Below are positions 7,759 through 14,403 of a stretch of DNA of 14,403 nucleotides, piece by piece. A model generated the notes under the pieces. It searched no databases. It had not been told where the DNA came from and saw only the letters and a program-made list of their open reading frames with translations. The position numbers and the translations under genes are program-made. The stretch covers positions 1 to 14,403 of the forward strand of contig JBIKLL010000070.1 in NCBI GenBank assembly GCA_044359815.1, given 5' to 3'. The stretch comes from Pseudobdellovibrionaceae bacterium (GTDB lineage Bacteria; Bdellovibrionota; Bdellovibrionia; Bdellovibrionales; Bdellovibrionaceae). Every line of letters starts with the position of its first letter. Position 1 is the stretch's first letter.

Positions 7759-8985
7759 ATGAAGTTTCAATTTCCTAAGACTTTACAGCCCATTTTTATG
7801 AAGGCCTCTGCAATGCAGTGGCAATCATGGACCTGGCAATTGCAAAATGCTCTGAAGTCCCAAGGTGATTATGAACAGTTTTTTTCCCTGACCGAATCTG
7901 AAGCTTTGGCCTTTAAGCAATCTAAAAATATTTTTAAAATTCAAACCACTCCCTATTATGCAAGCCTGGCTCAAAACAATGCCGTTCGCAGAATCGTGGT
8001 GCCTGATTTGTGCGAAACCAGTCACGGGGCTCAGGAGCTGGTGGATCCATTGGCCGAGCGCAAGCCCGAAAACCGTGTGGCCAAACGGTTGGTGCACAGG
8101 TATCCCGACCGGGTTTTATTTTTAATTACAGATAACTGCGGGGTGTATTGTCGGTACTGTACCCGCAAACACTTTACTGGGCATGAGCAAGCTTTTCTGA
8201 ATCCCGACGAATACCGTGCGGCCATGAAATACATCTATGATCATAAGGGCATTCGAGAAGTCATTTTAAGCGGTGGGGATCCATTGACAGTTTCGGATGG
8301 TAAACTGGATATGGTGTTGTCAGATCTGCGCCGGATTGAACATGTCGAGATTATTCGGGTTGGCACCCGCATGCCTGTGGTTTCGCCGTTTAGGATTACG
8401 GATGAACTGATCCAGATATTTAAAAAAAATAAGCCTGTGTATTTGATGACCCATTTTAATCATCCACGCGAACTGACTTTTGAAGCCGCCACAGCGCTGG
8501 AAAAATTGGTCGATAGCGGCGTGCCTGTTTATAATCAAATGGTTTTGTTAAATGGGGTTAACAATCACCCTGCGATCATTCAAGCTCTGAGCCGAAGGCT
8601 TTTGTATTTGCGGGTAAAGCCCTATTATATGTTTCAGTGCGATCCTTCGATTGGTACCGATCATTTGCGGACCAGTGTCGAACAAAGCCTGCGGATTCAA
8701 AGGGAGCTTTGGGGAAATCTGTCGGGCTTGGCAATGCCATCATTGGCTTTGGATATTCCTGATGGTGGGGGCAAGGCCGGCTTGGTTCCGAATTTTGAAA
8801 TTGAAGCTTCACCTGAACAGCGAGTGTATCAGGGGTTTGATGGGGTCAAGGGTCAGTACAAAAATCCCAAAGGCCCTATGCTGGTTCCAACTGATGTCGG
8901 CGACTATATCCCCGAATGGGAATCCTTAAAAAATGCCAAGGGCACACCTGGCGCCCAGGAAAATCCCAAAGAATTAAATTTTTAA
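7759..8985 (+). CDS. kamA: KamA-family radical SAM protein (lysine 2,3-aminomutase-like)
   Basis: HRYPDRVLF, CGVYCRYC (CxxxCxxC), ILSGGDPL, RVGTRMPVV, THFNHPRE, NQMVLLNGVN, PYYMFQCD and DGGGK (PLP-binding Lys). Confidence 0.92.
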   Translation: MKFQFPKTLQPIFMKASAMQWQSWTWQLQNALKSQGDYEQFFSLTESEALAFKQSKNIFKIQTTPYYASLAQNNAVRRIVVPDLCETSHGAQELVDPLAERKPENRVAKRLVHRYPDRVLFLITDNCGVYCRYCTRKHFTGHEQAFLNPDEYRAAMKYIYDHKGIREVILSGGDPLTVSDGKLDMVLSDLRRIEHVEIIRVGTRMPVVSPFRITDELIQIFKKNKPVYLMTHFNHPRELTFEAATALEKLVDSGVPVYNQMVLLNGVNNHPAIIQALSRRLLYLRVKPYYMFQCDPSIGTDHLRTSVEQSLRIQRELWGNLSGLAMPSLALDIPDGGGKAGLVPNFEIEASPEQRVYQGFDGVKGQYKNPKGPMLVPTDVGDYIPEWESLKNAKGTPGAQENPKELNF

Positions 8986-8989
8986 GCAA

Positions 8990-9168
8990 AAAGCCCTATT
9001 GCCGTTTTATAAATATTCATACCTTACAGTTTTAAAAACGAGTTCGGACGTGAAGCTGCGCGGATGATTTACATGATTTAAATACCTAAATGCGCGCAGC
9101 TTTACGCCCGCTGTTTGAGTTTTTAGAACTGTAAGGTATGAATATTTATAAAACGGCAATAGGGCTTT
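8990..9168. repeat. 179-bp long hairpin element (MITE/ERIC/REPIN-like) between convergent kamA and uvrD
   Basis: Outer arms 8990-9039 and 9119-9168 are complementary at 49/50 nt. Inner arms 9045-9062 and 9093-9110 match at 16/18. Central loop is 30 nt. Confidence 0.9.
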
Positions 9169-9253
9169 CTAATTTTAAAAACAGATTATCGAGCACGGAA
9201 GCCGGAAAAAGTTGTGCGTTTAGTTTTTCACCGCTGTTTTTTACGACTGGTTT

Positions 9254-11584
9254 TTAAAGCATCTTTAGTTTTGCGTATTTTGCGACAAATTTTTTGATGG
9301 ATTGATCGTTAAATACGACGCTGATTTTTTGGTCTTCGCCAGAGCCTTCGACTGTGTAAACTGATCCGTCACCAAAAACCGGGTGGCGCACCCTTTGTCC
9401 ACGGCGGTAACCATCAGTTTCGTAATCAGGAAATTCTTGAAATTCCATGTTCGGAGTTTTCTTTGGCCCGTATTCGTAGCCCTTAGGTTTAAAGCTTGAA
9501 TTATAGGAATAATCGCTGGAGCCTTTTTTACGAGTCCTTACCGTTGGCGCTGATGATTGATCGTAGCCATTACCAGAAAAAGATTTTTCCTGGTAACGAT
9601 CCATAAATTTAGGTGCAATCACACTGGTTGAAAATTCTGTGTATTGTTTTGGAATCTCAGATAAAAATCTGGATGGAGGATTGGATTGTTCTGTGCCCCA
9701 AATCCTGCGGGTCTTGGCATAGGTTAAATACAGTTTTTGTCTGGCTCTGGTCATGCCCACATAGGCCAGCCTGCGCTCTTCTTCCATTTCAGATTCAGCA
9801 TCGCTGTCTTGCCTCATGGCGCTTGGAAATAAATTTTCCTCAAGGCCCACAACAAACACGACAGGGTATTCAAGCCCCTTAGACACATGCAATGTCATCA
9901 TAGTCACACTGGTTTGAGTTGTGTCGGCTTGGTCTAAATCCGAGGCCAAGGCTAACGCTTGTAAAAACAATGATACGCTGGCGTCTTGATTTTCCTTCTC
10001 GAACTGCGAAATCGCATTGCCCAATTCCTCCAAGTTTTCAATTCGCGCTAAGCTTTCAGGAGTGTCTTCGATTTTCAGTTTTGTGACGTAATCGATTTTT
10101 TCTAGCACCAATTGATAAAATTCCAATGGAGTCATTTGATCAATTTGCGTTTTCAGTTCGTCAATCAGCAATGTAAAATTATGCAGCTTGCTGCTGGTTC
10201 CGCTGTTAAATTCACGACTCATGACCGCATGTTTAGTGGCTTCAAAAAGCGACAAGGAATTTCTGACCGCAATCTCAGATATTTTTTCAACCGTAGTTTT
10301 GCCGATTCCCCTTGCTGGAGTATTGATCACACGTAAATACGAAATATCGTCCACAGTGTTTTGGCAAAATCTCAGATAAGCAATCATGTCCTTGATTTCC
10401 ATGCGTTCATAGAACCTGACGCCACCAATGATTTTATAGGGAATCCCGGCGTTTCTGAACTGTTCCTCCAGCACCCTGGACTGAGCATTGGTTCGATAAA
10501 AAATAGCAAAATCTTCAAGCCTAAAATTGTCGTGAAGCATTTTGTCCTTCACAGTTTTAACAACAAACTTGGCCTCATCGTGTTCAGAAAATTCTTCGCG
10601 GATTGTGATGGGTTCACCATCGTCTTTCTGAGTAAATAGAGTTTTGTCTTTTCGTTCCTTGTTTTTTCTGATCATTTCGCTGGCGGCTTTAACAATGTTA
10701 CCAGTGGATCTGTAATTTTCCTCAAGCTTTACGATCACGCTTTCAGGAAAGTCTTTTTCGAAATCCAAAATATTTCTGATGTTAGCGCCGCGCCAGCTGT
10801 AAATCGATTGGTCTTCGTCACCCACCACGCACAGATTATGAGATTTATGAGAAAGCTTTTTCACCAACAGGTACTGGATGTGATTAGTGTCTTGGTATTC
10901 ATCCACCATTATGTATTTAAATTTTTCTTGATAAATTTCAAGCACGTCGGGAAAGCGATCAAAGATCATATTTGTCTTCAGCAACAGGTCGCCAAAATCT
11001 AAAGAATTAGTTTTTTTCATTTCCTGTTCGTAGGCTTGAAAGATATTAAAAGTATTTGGATCGTACTGGGGGAATGAATATTTATCCATCCGCTCTAAAT
11101 CAAAACCCTGCATTTTGGCAAAATTAATTCGGGATTTAAAATTTTTCGCTGAATAAACTTTGTCGCTGATATTCAGCTGATTCATTAGTCTTTTGATCAC
11201 TGACAGTTGTTCGCCATCATCCAATATCGAAAAAGTATTTTTAAATCCGATTTTGTGAATTTCATCCCGTAAAAAGCGATTACAAAATCCATGAAAGGTG
11301 CTGATCCACATTCTTTCAAATATTGTGATATTCATGCTTCTGAGTAAATGCATAACCCTTTCATGCATTTCTTGAGCGGCTTTGTTGGTAAAGGTCACGG
11401 CCAAAATATTTAAGGGATCGGCTTTACCTGAAACTATCAGATTGGCAATTCTGTGGGTCAAAACTTTGGTTTTACCAGAGCCTGCACCTGCAAAAATCAA
11501 CAGGGGTCCATCTAGGGTCTGTACGGCTTCGGCCTGCATGGGGTTTAGGTTTTGTGTAAGTATTGCTGTATCCAATTTAGACAT
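9254..11584 (-). CDS. uvrD: UvrD/PcrA ATP-dependent SF1 DNA helicase
   Basis: LNPMQAEAV (Q motif), AGAGSGKT, VTFTNKAA, VDEYQD, VGDEDQSIYSWRGA, LEENYRST, MTLHVSKGLEY, EEERRLAYVGMTRA and C-terminal Tudor-like RVRHPVFGDG. Start placed at MSKLDT (11584); the track's 11716 start overlaps the divergent gene. Confidence 0.96.
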   Translation of the reverse strand: MSKLDTAILTQNLNPMQAEAVQTLDGPLLIFAGAGSGKTKVLTHRIANLIVSGKADPLNILAVTFTNKAAQEMHERVMHLLRSMNITIFERMWISTFHGFCNRFLRDEIHKIGFKNTFSILDDGEQLSVIKRLMNQLNISDKVYSAKNFKSRINFAKMQGFDLERMDKYSFPQYDPNTFNIFQAYEQEMKKTNSLDFGDLLLKTNMIFDRFPDVLEIYQEKFKYIMVDEYQDTNHIQYLLVKKLSHKSHNLCVVGDEDQSIYSWRGANIRNILDFEKDFPESVIVKLEENYRSTGNIVKAASEMIRKNKERKDKTLFTQKDDGEPITIREEFSEHDEAKFVVKTVKDKMLHDNFRLEDFAIFYRTNAQSRVLEEQFRNAGIPYKIIGGVRFYERMEIKDMIAYLRFCQNTVDDISYLRVINTPARGIGKTTVEKISEIAVRNSLSLFEATKHAVMSREFNSGTSSKLHNFTLLIDELKTQIDQMTPLEFYQLVLEKIDYVTKLKIEDTPESLARIENLEELGNAISQFEKENQDASVSLFLQALALASDLDQADTTQTSVTMMTLHVSKGLEYPVVFVVGLEENLFPSAMRQDSDAESEMEEERRLAYVGMTRARQKLYLTYAKTRRIWGTEQSNPPSRFLSEIPKQYTEFSTSVIAPKFMDRYQEKSFSGNGYDQSSAPTVRTRKKGSSDYSYNSSFKPKGYEYGPKKTPNMEFQEFPDYETDGYRRGQRVRHPVFGDGSVYTVEGSGEDQKISVVFNDQSIKKFVAKYAKLKML

Positions 11585-11604
11585 CCTGGGTTTGAAAAAG
11601 TTTA

Positions 11605-11633
11605 AACCTAAAATGTTATTTATCGATTGTAAA
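11605..11633 (-). promoter_or_regulatory. Putative sigma70 promoter of uvrD
   Basis: Minus strand TTTACA-N17-TAGGTT, ending about 20 nt upstream of ATG 11584. Confidence 0.4.
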
Positions 11634-11691
11634 GGATCCCTGTAAAAGTATTGGCTATTGTTAAAAATGGTGCCTTTAGTTAAAACCAGTT

Positions 11692-12810
11692 GTGGCAAAA
11701 ACATTAGCAAATTCAATTTTGTTGGGGACTTTTATTATTGTCCTGGCCGCTTGTCAGCAGAGTCCGGACAACGACAAGGATTCCTCTGAAGCTGGTTACA
11801 GATTTTTAGTCATTAAGCCGCAGGACAAGAACTATACATTTGCTGAAGCCCATTTGACCACAGTGGAATCAGTATTTCCGTTCAGGGGCAGCACCATCAG
11901 TTTTTTGACCGAGCCCCAAATCAATCAAGGAAATTTAAACGGAACTGTCGCAGAATTAAATATTTCTAAAAGCGACAAAGGCTATTTTTTTGCTAAAGAC
12001 AATTTATCCCTGCAACTGCTGACGCTTTACCACAGTTTTGAAAAGCTACGGGCCTTTGATACCTCGTTAAAACTAAAATCCGGTGAGGTTTTGGATAAAT
12101 ACAACCGATGGCCGCTGAAAATCTTTGTTGATGCCAATCTGAAGGTGCAAACAGGTTTTGCTGAAAACAATGTGTTGTACACGGGTAAATTTCATTCATT
12201 GCTTTTTGTGCCTTATACCGAATCCGAACTGCCATTGATGGTGAATTTTGGAGTCATGTCGCATGAGCATTTTCATGGATTGTTTTATAATTTTGTTGGG
12301 CATTTGTTTAATTACGACGAATTAACCAATTATCATAAAATTTTATTAAGGGCGATTGATGAGGGCCTGGCTGACGTCTGGGGATTGATTATGTCTGATG
12401 ACGAAAATTTTGTTGGCAGATCCCTACCCAGCGAGGAAATGGCCCGTAAGCTGACGTCAAAGCCAGTCGTAATCCTGAAGCAAAAAGACCTAGAGGCCAT
12501 GGCAAAATACAATGATGAAGCCACTTTGATTTCGATTGCTTATGAATACGGATCCCAAATGGCTAAGACCATTGTTTTGATGTTGGCAAAAGTCGAATCA
12601 AAACAGCAAAGAGCCGCAATTGTTTTTGATGTGTTGAAGGATTTTAAGGATCAGCTTCAGAAAGAATCAGATTTCAAAAAACAAATCCCGGCCAACTGGA
12701 TGATCAAATCCTTTGCCAATAAATTGGGAACTGTTGATAAAAAATCCTGCGAAGTTTTGGAATTATGGGAATCATTAAAGTCTGATTTGCCGCTATGGGG
12801 TTGCAAATGA
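11692..12810 (+). CDS. Lipoprotein, putative gluzincin (M4/M36-like) zinc metallopeptidase
   Basis: GTG start; lipobox LAAC; HEHFH followed about 25 aa later by DEGLADVWG (thermolysin-type third Zn ligand); upstream NNVLY resembles NAFY. Confidence 0.75.
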   Translation: MAKTLANSILLGTFIIVLAACQQSPDNDKDSSEAGYRFLVIKPQDKNYTFAEAHLTTVESVFPFRGSTISFLTEPQINQGNLNGTVAELNISKSDKGYFFAKDNLSLQLLTLYHSFEKLRAFDTSLKLKSGEVLDKYNRWPLKIFVDANLKVQTGFAENNVLYTGKFHSLLFVPYTESELPLMVNFGVMSHEHFHGLFYNFVGHLFNYDELTNYHKILLRAIDEGLADVWGLIMSDDENFVGRSLPSEEMARKLTSKPVVILKQKDLEAMAKYNDEATLISIAYEYGSQMAKTIVLMLAKVESKQQRAAIVFDVLKDFKDQLQKESDFKKQIPANWMIKSFANKLGTVDKKSCEVLELWESLKSDLPLWGCK

Positions 12811-13337
12811 AAAAACTGGCTTTAATGATTCTGTTTTCAACAAATGTTTTTGCAGCAGATTTTGGTGCCCTGGTTTTAACTGGCAGTGAGGTTCGTTCCA
12901 ATTCGGCGGGACAGCAAAGTTTGGCTACCTACAGAAATGATTTTTTGGGCGTGCGATACCAAAAAATGATTTTGGGGATTGAGCATTCCCAATCAGCTCC
13001 GGTTATTCAGCAATCAGGGTTAATTGAATTTTCGGGGACCCAAGAAAAAACTCTTTTAAGTTTTAAATATCTGGGTGACAGGGTTGGGATTTTTCAGGGC
13101 TTTGTGGGTGCGGGACTGGGTGGATACCGTGACACATCACTGGCCTATATGGGTAATCAAACATTTAATGAACAATCAAAATGGTCAGGATTGTGGACCG
13201 TGGATTTTGGATTTAATCTGTTGTCAATAAACCGCATTCCGATTTGGTTGGGGCCTCAGATGCGCATTATGCAGTTTCAAAACGACAGCAAGGGTTTTTA
13301 TGTGGCAGGTTTGCTGCATTTTGGAGTTATATTTTAA
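12807..13337 (+). CDS. Small outer-membrane beta-barrel protein
   Basis: MKKLALMILFSTNVFA signal peptide; strands such as FQGFVGAGLGGY; C-terminal LHFGVIF; ATGA overlap with the upstream stop. Confidence 0.7.
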   Translation: MKKLALMILFSTNVFAADFGALVLTGSEVRSNSAGQQSLATYRNDFLGVRYQKMILGIEHSQSAPVIQQSGLIEFSGTQEKTLLSFKYLGDRVGIFQGFVGAGLGGYRDTSLAYMGNQTFNEQSKWSGLWTVDFGFNLLSINRIPIWLGPQMRIMQFQNDSKGFYVAGLLHFGVIF

Positions 13338-13379
13338 TTGAGTTCCCAACAAGCTGACCAATTGATCATTGTTCAGAAT

Positions 13380-13406
13380 TTAAGTACCTGCTTCTGATAC
13401 CGATTG
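13380..13406 (+). promoter_or_regulatory. Putative sigma28 (FliA) promoter
   Basis: TTAAGTAC-N11-ACCGATTG; the -10 box sits inside an imperfect inverted repeat TTCTGATA..TGTCAGAA. Confidence 0.4.
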
Positions 13407-13501
13407 TCAGAACCAATGGTTCCAGTCCGCGTTGAAATAAAATTATCTTTTAAAGTCCGTTTTTATGGGTCATCTTGATATCAGTAAAAACGGAGGGTTT
13501 T

Positions 13502-14059
13502 ATGTTTAAAGTGATTTTGTCAGTCATTGCCGCAGGGGTTTTGGTTTCATGTTCCAGCAATCCCCACAAAGCTGAAAAGCTGGATACAAAAATTGAAAAG
13601 GCTGAAGGCGTTGCTGCCGATCAACAATTGGGCGTCAAAGACGGCAATATGGTCGTACAACGAAAAGTCATTATGTCGGAGGAGCTTAGAAAGCTTCAGT
13701 ATGATGTGTATGAATTGGAAGACCGAGTTTATGGAAACAGAAAATATGGAAGCTTAGGTTTGTACGGAGTTTTGAAAAAATGCAAAGTTGAATTGTCTGA
13801 CAAAAAAAATGGTGGTGATGGTAAACTGATTTGGACCGAACCCATAGACAGGGTCACAGACCGCGATGAGGACTATAAAATGGGCTTGGATGAAAGGGAC
13901 AAATTAGTCGGAGTTTCAGAAGAGTTTTTAAAAGACCGAATCACAAAATTTAGAAATTACCGCAATGTCCTGGAAAAGCGTCAGGATGAATACGAAGAAA
14001 AATTGGCAGTTTGCCAAGTCGATCTAAGGGGCCGCAAAGCCGACCGAGAAGCCAAATAG
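13502..14059 (+). CDS. Hypothetical lipoprotein with coiled-coil segments
   Basis: GGAGG SD at 13491-13495; MFKVILSVIAAGVLVSC lipobox; charged helical body; two further Cys. Confidence 0.8.
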   Translation: MFKVILSVIAAGVLVSCSSNPHKAEKLDTKIEKAEGVAADQQLGVKDGNMVVQRKVIMSEELRKLQYDVYELEDRVYGNRKYGSLGLYGVLKKCKVELSDKKNGGDGKLIWTEPIDRVTDRDEDYKMGLDERDKLVGVSEEFLKDRITKFRNYRNVLEKRQDEYEEKLAVCQVDLRGRKADREAK

Positions 14060-14079
14060 TTTTCCAGAAAAAATTTATT

Positions 14080-14119
14080 TGGGTCATGCAGGTAACCGAA
14101 TGGTTTTTCGCATGACCCA
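14080..14119. other. Hairpin downstream of the lipoprotein gene (possible terminator)
   Basis: TGGGTCATGC / GCATGACCCA perfect 10-bp stem enclosing a small AACC-GAAT-GGTT stem. Confidence 0.55.
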
Positions 14120-14181
14120 CTTGCCTGCGGTAAATTTAAATTTTAAAAAATATTTCTCTGATTTTATACCTTGTGAATACC

Positions 14182-14398
14182 CGCTAACGGCCGCAAGCTC
14201 ATCTCTCGTATTGCTTGCATGCAAAGGTAATTTGTTTTTACTGTTTTTAGACACATGCAGCGAGCGCGCGGGGCATATCTGGTGTTGAGTCACTATGTAT
14301 AAGCAAAAAAATTGCTTATACATAGTGACTCAATACGAGAGATGAGCCCGCGGCCGTTAGCGAGTGTCTAAAAATAGTGAAAAAAATTATCTTTGCAT
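14182..14398. repeat. Composite palindromic element: 180-bp hairpin plus an extra upstream arm copy
   Basis: Perfect 22-bp stem 14285-14306/14312-14333; outer arms 14219-14254/14364-14398; separate arm 14182-14213 complementary to 14331-14362 at 30/32. Confidence 0.9.
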
Positions 14399-14403
14399 TT
14401 ACG

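Noticed and set aside
7474..7778. ORFs of 98 aa (-) and 70 aa (+) in the divergent spacer
   Set aside because: No recognisable features; they overlap neighbouring starts and probable promoters.
9119..9168. GTTTTTAGAAC resembles the start of type II CRISPR repeats or a repeat/anti-repeat pair
   Set aside because: Only an inverted pair is present; there is no direct-repeat/spacer array and no cas gene in the window.
8990..9168. Retron msr-msd or IS200/IS605 end interpretation of the hairpin
   Set aside because: No reverse transcriptase, TnpA or TnpB gene is adjacent.
11585..11716. 44-aa N-terminal extension of UvrD in the ORF track
   Set aside because: It overlaps the divergent gene and a plausible promoter; helicase similarity begins just after Met at 11584.
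14084..14323. ORFs 14084-14323 (-) and 14079-14288 (+)
   Set aside because: They lie within palindromic repeats, lack recognisable protein features and are probably chance ORFs.

Overview
AT-rich bacterial chromosomal segment. Gene content and style suggest Bdellovibrionota (inference, not a database result). In order: a class A penicillin-binding protein on the minus strand (starts 1113, runs off the left edge, absent from the ORF track); divergently, two tandem DUF507-like small genes, an orphan GroES with a Lys-rich pentapeptide-repeat N-terminal extension and an outer-membrane beta-barrel; a Cys-rich protein with a PilX/prepilin-like leader behind a sigma28-like promoter; a convergent membrane-anchored hypothetical protein; a KamA-family radical SAM enzyme; a UvrD/PcrA helicase; an HExxH metallopeptidase lipoprotein coupled to a small beta-barrel; and another lipoprotein. 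I found no transposase, integrase, reverse transcriptase, CRISPR array, tRNA or rRNA. The most unusual signals are non-coding: two ~180-bp intergenic hairpin elements (8990-9168 and 14219-14398, the second with an extra competing arm at 14182-14213), a small crossing-stem element at 14080-14128 and a GC-rich cUUCGg hairpin at 3773-3796. The repeat-tailed GroES is the most unusual protein. The sequence alone does not establish a new multi-gene system.
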